A stretch of DNA of 64,000 nucleotides from Candidatus Poribacteria bacterium (GTDB lineage Bacteria > Poribacteria > WGA-4E > WGA-3G): assembly GCA_963663765.2 (NCBI GenBank), contig CAXXUA010000005.1, forward strand, positions 128,001 to 192,000, given 5' to 3'. Below are positions 51,034-59,931 of this stretch, piece by piece. A program made the translations under genes and the position numbers. Below the pieces are notes generated by a model that saw only the letters and a list, made by a program, of their open reading frames with translations, was not told the DNA's origin and did no database searches. Positions within the stretch are counted from its first letter, which is position 1. Every line of letters begins with the position of its first letter.

Positions 51034-52338
51034 TCACTTTGACGCGTGCGGCGTGAGAACTAATGTCATCCGCTCCTCTTCGGTTAGATACCTATTGACA
51101 ACATCTGCGACATTCGCTGCAGAGACATCTGCAAAAGCACTCGCAAGCTGCGACAAGGTTTCACCATATTGGTATTCCACCATGCCCCAACTTACTCCAA
51201 GTTGAAGGAGCATGTGAGTCTCTGTGATATTCGCAGGTTTATATTGCTTTAACAGCATTATATCAGGCGGCGCGCTGAGTTCTGTAGAAAGGGACTGGGC
51301 AAACATAGCAACTTGCGTGTTGTTTTCTGGTTGCTTTAATGGGTTCATCAACTCTTGAATCCGCTGCTTAACCTTCAATATGTCTGTATTTGGTTTAAGT
51401 GAAGCACTGACGTATAGATATGTCTGTTCGGGAGTGATGAGGTCAACCCCACAAACAACATAACCTGTTAATTCTTTCAATTGGGCATCCTGCATGAATA
51501 CTAACCGTAAGAGCACACTCGCTACGTAAAGTGCGGGGTAGTCTTCGTTTTCAGGACTAGGAATCTCGAAAGTTTCCATGTAATGCGTTACGTTGACATC
51601 CCAAGTCACGTTTTGGTCTTTTGCTATATCTGGAGATGCTGTCGGTTTAGGAAATGTCTTCGCTGTTAAGTTGATAGATCCAAGATGTTTTTCCATTGCA
51701 TCTTTCAACGTTTCGGAGTCAACGCCGCCAACGACACACAAAAGGACGCGATCTGCTTGCACTAAATGTAAGTCGCGATATTCCTGTAATTCACCTAACT
51801 TTGCTGATTGCACATCACCACGCATTGATATATCGGTTTCACCATGCCGAAAAACCTGGTTCCACGCTGCGAAAGCCCATTTATGTGTTGCCAAATTTGC
51901 TTCAGTAAATTTAATTTCGGATAGTGCTCGCGGCAGTTCCTCTGCTAAACTTTTCTCTGTAAACGGTAATCCAGAAAGCCACTTTGCATGTAGTTCTAAT
52001 CCCTGCTTCCAATTCTCAGTATTACCCAGAAACTCCAATCGCATATTGTCAGCCATTGTCTCTGCACTACTTGTCTTATAATTTATGGGGCTGGTAGTTC
52101 GAATTGTAAGGTGCTCAATTAAATGACTCCACTGTGTCTTCGCTTTTCCATCAGCTACGAGTCCAAGAGGTAAATAACTGAAAATACCGACATCCGTGGA
52201 TTCTTCAACGTAGAGATTGACAACGCGGATGCCATTACTTAACGTAAAACGAGTTACTTTTGGTGGTGCGGAAAGTGCCAGAGAAAAATTGCCAAGAACG
52301 AGTAATACTACGAATGCATGTTTAATTCTGTTAATCAT
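51034..52338 (-). CDS. Secreted M16 (insulinase-family) peptidase-like protein
   Basis: Signal peptide; FTLSNGIRVV; inverted zinc motif HLIEH (HxxEH); EDYPALYV. Confidence 0.75.
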   Translation of the reverse strand: MINRIKHAFVVLLVLGNFSLALSAPPKVTRFTLSNGIRVVNLYVEESTDVGIFSYLPLGLVADGKAKTQWSHLIEHLTIRTTSPINYKTSSAETMADNMRLEFLGNTENWKQGLELHAKWLSGLPFTEKSLAEELPRALSEIKFTEANLATHKWAFAAWNQVFRHGETDISMRGDVQSAKLGELQEYRDLHLVQADRVLLCVVGGVDSETLKDAMEKHLGSINLTAKTFPKPTASPDIAKDQNVTWDVNVTHYMETFEIPSPENEDYPALYVASVLLRLVFMQDAQLKELTGYVVCGVDLITPEQTYLYVSASLKPNTDILKVKQRIQELMNPLKQPENNTQVAMFAQSLSTELSAPPDIMLLKQYKPANITETHMLLQLGVSWGMVEYQYGETLSQLASAFADVSAANVADVVNRYLTEEERMTLVLTPHASK

Positions 52339-52500
52339 CTTTTGCCTCCAAATGTTAGATCTTCAGATATTGAACGAAAATCGTTAGAACGATACGATTG
52401 TTTTTACCATTTGATTATCTAAAGACGTAATTTTGGGGCAGAAAACGTGCATAATTTGAAAAAAAAATGAATTTCATCTATTTTTTTCGTCATTATCCTA

Positions 52501-52683
52501 ACCCAAGTTGCTACAGTATATCTCATAAATCATATATCTAATCTATTTCAAAATATCACACCTTCAACGTAGGGACGAGGTCACCTCGTCCCTATATATA
52601 GATAGGGTCCTTTTAAACGGGCGGGGAGACCCCGCCCTACAAGTGATTTATGAGTTAGTCTCTACATAGGTAGCAACTTGGGT
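52501..52683. mobile_element. MITE-like element with perfect 14-bp ends ACCCAAGTTGCTAC carrying GTAGGG REP hairpins
   Basis: ACCCAAGTTGCTAC / GTAGCAACTTGGGT; interior GTAGGGACGAGGTCACCTCGTCCCTA and GGGCGGGGAGACCCCGCCCTAC. Confidence 0.75.
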
Positions 52684-52708
52684 GACTTAATAATCGATCT
52701 CGCGTTAA

Positions 52709-53485
52709 TCACTTACCCATTGCTTTGAGTGCCTTCAAGCACCTTTCCACTGCCTCCAACGGCGGGAAGGCATCACTTTCATATTCTACGATATACCATT
52801 CTGTGCCACCAGTCGTTTCACAGACATCAAAAATCTCTGCCCACGGCACACTATCCTCACCAATAATTGGACGAAAACCCTTATGCCGATCCTCGTCACC
52901 CTCTGATAGGGTATAAGGTTTGAGATGCACCGTATCAGCCCGTCCGGGGTATCGCTTCAAAATGTCAACCAGATCAGCACCACCAGAAAGCGCATTCCCC
53001 ATGTCCAGCTGCATCACAACCCCATCGTTTGTATTTCCGAAGAAAGTATCCCACTGAATTTCACCATCCATCGGTGAGAATTCCGCGTGGTGATTGTGGT
53101 AACCTGTCACCATCCCATGCGGTTCCAGTTTATCCGCAACTTCATTGAAAAAATCTGCCAACTTCAACCAATCCGATCGAGATTGGCGAAGTTGTCCGGG
53201 GATACCCGGGACAATCACATAACGATTTTCAAGTACTTTATTGAATTCTATCGTCTCATCAAGTTTATCCTCTTGCACAAGTGTGAACGGCGTATGCCAT
53301 CCACAACACACCAACTCAAATTCCTCAAGGTAACCCTTCAACTCCTCTGCGGGATGTTGTGGTGCACCAGCAAATTCTACACCTTCGTACCCCATCTCTG
53401 CAACTGCTTTGATTGTGCCGCGCGCATCCTCTGCCAACTCATGCCGCACAGAAAACAACTCTAAACCAATTGGTACTCTTGCCAT
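52709..53485 (-). CDS. Sugar phosphate isomerase/epimerase (TIM barrel)
   Basis: MGYEGVEFAG, GYHNHHAEF, QLDMGN, VHLKP, YIVEYE. Confidence 0.88.
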   Translation of the reverse strand: MARVPIGLELFSVRHELAEDARGTIKAVAEMGYEGVEFAGAPQHPAEELKGYLEEFELVCCGWHTPFTLVQEDKLDETIEFNKVLENRYVIVPGIPGQLRQSRSDWLKLADFFNEVADKLEPHGMVTGYHNHHAEFSPMDGEIQWDTFFGNTNDGVVMQLDMGNALSGGADLVDILKRYPGRADTVHLKPYTLSEGDEDRHKGFRPIIGEDSVPWAEIFDVCETTGGTEWYIVEYESDAFPPLEAVERCLKALKAMGK

Positions 53486-53532
53486 AATTTTCCTTCCATA
53501 ATATGTATTCTATTATCTTTTCAACAAACAAT

Positions 53533-53561
53533 ATCCTAACATTTCAACAATCTCTTGTCAA
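53533..53561 (-). promoter_or_regulatory. Putative sigma70 promoter
   Basis: TTGACA-N17-TAGGAT with TG extension. Confidence 0.45.
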
Positions 53562-53674
53562 GGATAAGACGTGTAAACGATAAAGGTATTCAATTGTCCG
53601 AATGGGCTATTGAATACCGCTGACGCTCTGCAACATCACTATTGACATCCATACAAAATTAAGGTATTCTATAC

Positions 53675-53883
53675 CCGGACTTACATAAAAACGGTAGGTG
53701 GAGAATGCCAAAAGGCATTCATACCCGGGGAATGCCAAAAGGCAGTTATACCGTTGATTTCTTGATTTCTTGATTTCTTGATTTGGTGCTTTGTAAGCGT
53801 GCTGGAAACCTATAAAAATGCTGATAATTACATCACTTTTCATCATAATTCTTGATTAAATCAAGAAAACTGCGCAAGTCCTG
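53675..53883. mobile_element. MITE family C with compound micro-insert (53700-53785); 5-bp flanking duplication TATAC
   Basis: Co-linear with 38178-38298 apart from the insert; TATAC at 53670-53674 and 53884-53888. Confidence 0.8.
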
Positions 53884-53920
53884 TATACATTCTCACAATT
53901 AGTAGGTAGAACACTTCATT

Positions 53921-54172
53921 ATGACTAATGCAGAAGTTCTTATACAACAAGGCATAAATTAAGGAATTGAACAAAGTAAAATGGATGGTTTACAACAGGG
54001 GGAAATACAAACTTAACGCAAGATCCTATTGAAACTACTTGGCATGCGTATCGGCGATGTACCCGAAACGATTAGTCGTAAAGTCTCAGGGCTGCGAAGT
54101 TGTTATCGTCTTGACGCTCTTTTAGATTAGGTTACAACTGCACAAACACTTGATGATATTGTATTGGAGTAG
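53921..54172 (+). pseudogene. Decayed C-terminal fragment resembling Rpn/YhgA-like (DUF4351-type) proteins
   Basis: Hand translation MTNAEVLIQQGIN*GIEQSKMDGLQQGEIQT*RKILLKLLGMRIGDVPETI...LDALLD*VTTAQTLDDI; three in-frame stops. Confidence 0.6.
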
Positions 54173-54216
54173 TAGTTTCGGTGAACTAAATTCGCAATAC
54201 TAAAGGAGAAAAGATA

Positions 54217-54744
54217 GTGAAACGATGGCATTATATTCTTACATTTTTCTGTGTTTGCTTCACATACTTGGGATGTCAGTCTAAAGCATTTCAGATGTTG
54301 ATTGAACCGCAGGAATGGGAAAACCTTGCAACTGCAGAAGGGGTAACCTGTAATGTTCCTGAAATGATAGATGGCGATCTGAAAACCGTTGGTTATGCAA
54401 ATAGTAGATGGTTACATGTAACACTACCTGTGAGAAAGACGATCCACCGTATTGTCATTCGTGGCACAAACATTACGGATGCCGTTGTGTACAAACAGTT
54501 AGAAGGGGACGGTCGTTGGCAAGGGTTTATGGAATTGAAAAATAACCGAGGTCCTGATATTGAGATGAAAATGAGCACAGTCACACAAGCATTACGGATA
54601 TATGTTAGTGGTACTACCGATGACAAACGCAAAGCCCCACAGTTCTCTTTTCAGCAGGGAAGCGGCTTGTCACGTAAAGAGTTAGGAAGACCTTTCGCAA
54701 AAGAATTAGAAGTCTACGGTTTCAAATCAAAGGATAAAAAATGA
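54217..54744 (+). CDS. Hypothetical lipoprotein, possibly discoidin/galactose-binding-like fold
   Basis: AAGGAG RBS, lipobox YLGC, MIDGD..T and ELEVYG motifs. Confidence 0.6.
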   Translation: MKRWHYILTFFCVCFTYLGCQSKAFQMLIEPQEWENLATAEGVTCNVPEMIDGDLKTVGYANSRWLHVTLPVRKTIHRIVIRGTNITDAVVYKQLEGDGRWQGFMELKNNRGPDIEMKMSTVTQALRIYVSGTTDDKRKAPQFSFQQGSGLSRKELGRPFAKELEVYGFKSKDKK

Positions 54745-55805
54745 AACGATTGATGGTTGATAATTTATATAGTTGGTCTGTATTCAGTGAGATACGACAA
54801 ATAGATTTTAACGGACACTTATGGGTTCGGGAGGAAGGCAACATTGCCATTGACCCTGTTGCTATGAGTGACTCTGACCGCGAGCATTTTGAACAACTTG
54901 GTGGTGCTAAGTGGATTGTGATTACCAATCGTGACCATGAACGTGAAGCTGCTGCCTTTCAGGAATGGACAGATGCAGAAGTGATCGTGCATGAAGCAGA
55001 TGCAGACTTGGTAGACATCAAACCTTCACGTACCGTTTCTGATGGTGAAACTATTGTCCCCGGCCTGAAAGCAGTTCATCTCCAACATGGAAAAAGTCCT
55101 GGTGAAATTGCACTCTATTTTTCTCATAAAAGCACTATCCTTTTCGGTGATATAGTTGCTGGTGAACCGATGGGACGTTTGTCGCTACTTGCAGATGACA
55201 AATTGGAAGACGCACCACAAGCAGCCATGCAGCTCCGAAAGGTCTTAACATTACGATTCAACACGGTTCTCGTAGGAGACGGACACTCCATCTTTAGAGA
55301 TGGTCGACAGGAACTGGTTGATTGCTTGCAAGCACGAAACGACATATACATCAACCGCATCAACATTGACGATATGGAATGGGCACACAGAAATGCAGTA
55401 GGTCCTTACTGTTTTGACTATAAAGACATTGACCCATTGATTGGTGCGAAAAATATAGGATACTGTGTTTACCGTTTGCCTTCGGGTAATGCGACTTTTC
55501 CGATGCACTTGCACCACTTTGGTGAGGAGATGTGTTACGTGATGGAAGGCACATGCACACTAAAAACACCGCGCGGAGATATTGAAGTAAGGGAAGGTGA
55601 TTTCATTGCATTTCCGCCCGGACCTGTCGGTACGCACAAGTTTGTAAACGAAGGTGAACAACCAGCTACTCTGCTGATACTCGGTACAATCACTCCTCAC
55701 GATGTCAGTGAATATCCTGATTCTAACAAGGTATTGCCTTATGTGCTTCAAAAAATCTACCGCAAAGACCCAAGTCTTGAATATTTTGACGGTGAGGAGT
55801 TATAG
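54741..55805 (+). CDS. Metallo-beta-lactamase-fold / cupin fusion protein
   Basis: ITNRDHER, KSPGE, LFGD, VGDGH in the N-half; FPMHLHHFGEE..YV..G, HKFVN, EYPDSNK cupin in the C-half; ATGA overlap with upstream gene. Confidence 0.75.
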   Translation: MKRLMVDNLYSWSVFSEIRQIDFNGHLWVREEGNIAIDPVAMSDSDREHFEQLGGAKWIVITNRDHEREAAAFQEWTDAEVIVHEADADLVDIKPSRTVSDGETIVPGLKAVHLQHGKSPGEIALYFSHKSTILFGDIVAGEPMGRLSLLADDKLEDAPQAAMQLRKVLTLRFNTVLVGDGHSIFRDGRQELVDCLQARNDIYINRINIDDMEWAHRNAVGPYCFDYKDIDPLIGAKNIGYCVYRLPSGNATFPMHLHHFGEEMCYVMEGTCTLKTPRGDIEVREGDFIAFPPGPVGTHKFVNEGEQPATLLILGTITPHDVSEYPDSNKVLPYVLQKIYRKDPSLEYFDGEEL

Positions 55806-55820
55806 TTAGTTAGTTCCTCC

Positions 55821-57173
55821 TTATATTCTACGCATCTGTTGGTTTGCTTTTGCACGCGCATCTGTAAGTTCGGGATTGACAATTGCATGCAGTGACATTT
55901 CTAACCGCTTCCGTATTTCAGTACGTTCAGGTCTTGAGGCTAAATCCTCGTTTTCTAACGGGTCAACATCCACATTGAAGAGTTGCGGTTGATTACCTAC
56001 ATAGTAGCATAGTTTGTAATCTCCCTGTTTGAGCATAAAGCCAGCATTCATCATCCCCATGTGGTGATATTCTGAAAAGACTGTGCGTGTAGTTTCGTCT
56101 GCTTGATGCTTTGCAATATCCAATAGACTCTCCCCCGGTAAATCAGACGGTATTTCTGTTCCTGCTATCTCTAACAAAGTCGGCAAGACATCTACTAATG
56201 AGACGTTCTGCTTTACCCGTTTAGTTTCACCAGAAGGTAGACGAACCATTAACGGCACTTTTACTGCATTTTCGTAAAAGCACTGTTTTTGCCAAATGCC
56301 GTGTCTGCCTGCCATCTCCCCGTGATCACTTGCATAAATAACCACTGTGTTATCACGTAATGGTGTCGTGTCAATTGCTTGTAAGATGCGACCAATCTGT
56401 GCGTCAAGTGATGAGACGAGTGCGTAGTAGCAAGCTAAAGCACAACGCACGGTTTCTTCAGGTGGTGAAATGTCGTTCCGCCATGCCCAACGGTGATGCT
56501 GTATTACGGGATGTTGAGATTCCAACGGTTCGTTCCATGTGTCTGGCAAATCAAGTGTGTCTGGGTTGTACCAAGAGTAGAACTCAGGTGGTGCGATCAG
56601 TGGAAAGTGCGGATGCATGTATCCACAATATAGCAGGAAAGGTTTGATGTCTTTTGTAGAAGCCTTTCCGATGAGGTAGTCCACTGCTAAGTCTGCGACC
56701 TTTTGGTCATATCTTGTGTGTTCGTGATCACCCGTACCGCATTCTGCGACGTGTGAGTTGGAACCGCGCCGTGCGTCGGCTGTACGTCTTGGTGGATTTC
56801 CTTTTGTGTTACGCCACCGAGGTAGATCGTCTAACAAACGATCAGTAAAACCAAGAAGTCTATCTGTACCATTGAAGTGGGTGCGTCCACACAGGACGGT
56901 TTCATAACCCTCCTCAGTAAGATAATCACCCCATGTTCTGTGTTGCCTATCCAGAATTGCACCTAAATCCCACGCGTCAATCTGATGCGGATAGCGTCCA
57001 GTCAGCATCGACAAACGGGAGGGGGTGCATATTGGACTGTTGCAATAGGCGTTATCAAAGGTACAACTCTGCTGAGCAAGCCGGTCGAGATTAGGTGTTC
57101 GGACAACTGGATGTCCACTGTTTCCCATCACAGTTCCAGTATGCTCATCAGAGAAGAGAAATACGATGTTCAT
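55821..57173 (-). CDS. Cys-type sulfatase (choline-sulfatase-like)
   Basis: NIVFLFSDEH, CTPSRLSMLTGRY (CxPxR), SDHGEM. Confidence 0.92.
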   Translation of the reverse strand: MNIVFLFSDEHTGTVMGNSGHPVVRTPNLDRLAQQSCTFDNAYCNSPICTPSRLSMLTGRYPHQIDAWDLGAILDRQHRTWGDYLTEEGYETVLCGRTHFNGTDRLLGFTDRLLDDLPRWRNTKGNPPRRTADARRGSNSHVAECGTGDHEHTRYDQKVADLAVDYLIGKASTKDIKPFLLYCGYMHPHFPLIAPPEFYSWYNPDTLDLPDTWNEPLESQHPVIQHHRWAWRNDISPPEETVRCALACYYALVSSLDAQIGRILQAIDTTPLRDNTVVIYASDHGEMAGRHGIWQKQCFYENAVKVPLMVRLPSGETKRVKQNVSLVDVLPTLLEIAGTEIPSDLPGESLLDIAKHQADETTRTVFSEYHHMGMMNAGFMLKQGDYKLCYYVGNQPQLFNVDVDPLENEDLASRPERTEIRKRLEMSLHAIVNPELTDARAKANQQMRRI

Positions 57174-57205
57174 CAATTTTCCAAGAATGATATTATGAAT
57201 GATGT

Positions 57206-58246
57206 TTAATCATCATCGTGATCATCATCATCGTCGTCATCATCGTCATCGTCATCATCGTCATCATCATCGTCATCGTCGTCATCATCATCATCGTCAT
57301 CGTCGTCATCATCGTCATCATCGTCGTCATCATCGTCATCGTCGTCATCATCGTCATTATCGTCGTCATCATCGTCATCATCGTCATCATCGTCGTCGTC
57401 ATCGTCGTCATCGTCATCATCATCATAACGAAGGTTAGGAAAATCTGCTGGGTCTTGTTGATTTATCCAATCTTTGATAAGTTGAATTTGTGCAGTAGTC
57501 AACGGAGGACCATCTGGTGGCATTCTTCCTGACACGATTTCTTCAATAATATCACTCTCGTTTGCATTGCCAGGGACAAATACAGATTCATTGTCGTCAT
57601 CACCTTCAAGAAAGGATTGATATGTGCTGAAATCCATGTTGTCAGGACCGCCAGCAACATGACAGCCAGCATAGGCACATCTTGATTTCAAAATAGGTAA
57701 AACATTCTGGTTAAAGGATGTTTCTGGCTCTGATGTATTTCCAGTTGGTGGTTGCATTGGTTGTTGTGATGGCTGCCCAGGCGTCGTTGCGGTTGTCTGT
57801 TTATTTATCCAATCTCGGAATAGTTGGATTTGTGCATTAGTCAATGGATTACCGCCGATTGGCATTCTACCAGAAACAATTTCATCTATAATGGTACTGC
57901 TTGTATCATCTCCAGGAACGTAGACAGAACCGTTATCTCCACCAGCAATGAAACTTTGGTAATTGCTGAAATCTAAGTTCAGAGGTCCTCCAGCAACATG
58001 GCAGCCTGTAAATGCACAACTTGCTGTTAGTATTGGTAAAAGGTTTTGATCAAATTCCGCTTTGCTTTCTGCATTTTCAACACTGACCATATTTTGATTT
58101 TCTGTATCAGAACCTGGATCAGATTCAGAAGAAGAATCGGTAGGTTCAACGACATTAGTAATCTGTATGTCACATCCAAACAAGCAAAACATTAAACCTA
58201 AAGTAAGCTGAAAAACCAGTTGTAAACGCGTTAACATAAATGACAC
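57206..58246 (-). CDS. Lipoprotein with two Planctomycete-type cytochrome c domains and a poly-Asp tail
   Basis: Lipobox LFGC; CAFTGCH and CAYAGCH; GRMP...I.L..DWI..; 72-residue tail. Confidence 0.8.
   Translation of the reverse strand: MSFMLTRLQLVFQLTLGLMFCLFGCDIQITNVVEPTDSSSESDPGSDTENQNMVSVENAESKAEFDQNLLPILTASCAFTGCHVAGGPLNLDFSNYQSFIAGGDNGSVYVPGDDTSSTIIDEIVSGRMPIGGNPLTNAQIQLFRDWINKQTTATTPGQPSQQPMQPPTGNTSEPETSFNQNVLPILKSRCAYAGCHVAGGPDNMDFSTYQSFLEGDDDNESVFVPGNANESDIIEEIVSGRMPPDGPPLTTAQIQLIKDWINQQDPADFPNLRYDDDDDDDDDDDDDDDDDDDDDDNDDDDDDDDDDDDDDDDDDDDDDDDDDDDDDDDDDDDDDDDDDDDDHDDD
57209..57424 (-). repeat. GAT/GAC triplet tract encoding 70 Asp in 72 codons
   Basis: Plus strand is irregular (ATC/GTC)n; one Asn and one His codon interrupt it. 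Confidence 0.95.
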
Positions 58247-58338
58247 CTCTCTGTTGTTGAGTAGTTAATTACAATATTTAATTGTTTCTATTACTTTTTG
58301 TATAATTATATTTTTATACTACAGTAGTCTGAGTTTTT

Positions 58339-58555
58339 TGTAGTAGATTATGGAATTAATTACACACTTGTATTTGGTAGGAGCGACCTTCTGGTCGCAA
58401 TTGTTTTGATACCTGGTCTCCATACGGTAGCGACCAAGAGGTTGTTCCTACCACTACCAACGCAGGGAATGGTCGCGTTCAGTAATCAACGGTATGAATG
58501 CCTTTTGACATTTCCCGTCTATAAAGCGCGCCAACCGTCGGGTGCGTAAGTCCTG
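58339..58555. repeat. Composite of MITE/REP remnants: family T left end, REP pair, degenerate micro-insert, family C right end
   Basis: GTAGATTATGGAATTAATTACACAC; GGTAGGAGCGACC...CCTACC; AATCAACGGTATGAATGCC; TGCGTAAGTCCTG. Confidence 0.7.
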
Positions 58556-58572
58556 TTTTATTACAAATGGTA

Positions 58573-59931
58573 CTGACATTTATCACAAGGTTGTTTATAC
58601 TGCTAACAATCAATGTTTAGAAGGGATTGTGTTATGAAAATGCGATTTGATTTTATAGATTTTTCTTGACTTTTAGCACATGAGATATCATCCTAATTTA
58701 AAAAACTTATGACATATTCATAAAATAGGAGGCTATCTCATGCAAAATCATATTATCTCTTCTGTAAAGTTTTTTCAAACACTTCTCTACTCTAATTTTC
58801 GAAAAATGACATCGGAACTTGAAGAAACCTTGCTTTTACTTTCAACCGGTCATCTATTTGGACTTTACAATTTGAATCAAATAGCAGACGCATTGTCTGA
58901 ACCGAAAGCGAAACTCTATCGGTGTCTAAAAAGTTTCAGCCTTTATCAGTGGCGGTGTTTATTAGTGCGTATCGGGTGTTCCATTGCAATCCAAGAGATA
59001 CGTGATACCGAATCTAAAAGTGCTTCTACACAATCCCGTCGTCGCATTACAATCAGTGTAGATGATACAAATGAGCAGAGATATGGCAAACTGTTGTCAT
59101 ACTGCTTCAGTTGGTGGTCAAAAAAAGATAATAGAGCGGTGCGATGCCGAAATATATTAGGGATCACCATCAAGATTGGAGATATGATCATACCGCTCAA
59201 CCTTCGTATTGTCAGCAAACAAGGGCGTGGCAACACAGATAAACCGAGCCTTTTTGTGGCTATGCTCAAAGAAGTTCTAAGTTTCTTTGATGCTGAAGGT
59301 ATTGATCTGAGAAAATATCCTATCACTTTTGATTCGTGGTATGGCAGTAAAATACTTACCGACATTCTGTCTGAAATGGGATTTGATAGCATACTCATTC
59401 ACGGGAAAAACAACTATGTGATGGACATTGATAACAAGTCCAAAAAACTTTCGGAACACAAAAAGGAAGTAGAACTGAACACGGAAAAATGGGGGTGTGA
59501 CAAACCTCACTATCGCACCCAAGCGATAAGCCGAACATTCGGTCCTCTTGTGATACTCTTTTTTTCAGATATGGGCAAAATCCGAACAATGCTGGTATTC
59601 GGTAAATCCTTACGATCTTGTGAGATACTCAGGATTTGGTCACAACACCACGGTATAGAACAATTTTGGCGATGCCTAAAATCAGATTTGAAACTTTCAA
59701 AAATGAGTTTACGGAAACAGCAAGGAGCGTATGCTACTTTAGGTATAAAAGTGATGAGTTATCTCCTATTACAAGATTTGAGCCGTTTGCAACACAAAAC
59801 ATTTCATCAAATACAACTTGAACTTACAGGAAAAAGAAAGATACTGCTAAAACTAAAAAAGCATTTTCATGAATGAATACCAACTAAACACTGATAAACA
59901 TTGAAATCTCAAGAACTTTGAGAAATATCAG
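58573..59931 (+). mobile_element. Complete 1359-bp insertion sequence (DDE; IS701/ISH3/IS4-like)
   Basis: Imperfect terminal inverted repeats CTGACATTTATCACA / TTTGAGAAATATCAG; TGGTA duplicated at 58568-58572 and 59932-59936. Confidence 0.85.
58740..59876 (+). CDS. DDE transposase
   Basis: ISVDDT, ITFDSWY, HGIEQFWRCLKS catalytic-triad contexts; AGGAGG RBS. Confidence 0.88.
   Translation: MQNHIISSVKFFQTLLYSNFRKMTSELEETLLLLSTGHLFGLYNLNQIADALSEPKAKLYRCLKSFSLYQWRCLLVRIGCSIAIQEIRDTESKSASTQSRRRITISVDDTNEQRYGKLLSYCFSWWSKKDNRAVRCRNILGITIKIGDMIIPLNLRIVSKQGRGNTDKPSLFVAMLKEVLSFFDAEGIDLRKYPITFDSWYGSKILTDILSEMGFDSILIHGKNNYVMDIDNKSKKLSEHKKEVELNTEKWGCDKPHYRTQAISRTFGPLVILFFSDMGKIRTMLVFGKSLRSCEILRIWSQHHGIEQFWRCLKSDLKLSKMSLRKQQGAYATLGIKVMSYLLLQDLSRLQHKTFHQIQLELTGKRKILLKLKKHFHE

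Noticed and set aside
49086-51871. Diversity-generating retroelement template/variable repeat pair
   Set aside because: Both copies are coding, differences are not visibly adenine-specific, and there is no reverse transcriptase in the window
8421-53846. Short intergenic ORFs (8421, 19262, 23072, 27535, 33277, 36593, 45753, 53607)
   Set aside because: Most overlap MITE/REP sequence; none has a convincing RBS or recognisable motif
57193-57532. His/Arg-rich, Met/Thr-rich and Ile/Val-rich ORFs
   Set aside because: Alternative frames of the GAT/GAC tract; only the Asp frame is kept uniform and attached to a real gene
8237-58530. 36-bp hairpin unit as a CRISPR repeat
   Set aside because: Copies are dispersed or nested, with no regular unique spacers, leader or cas genes
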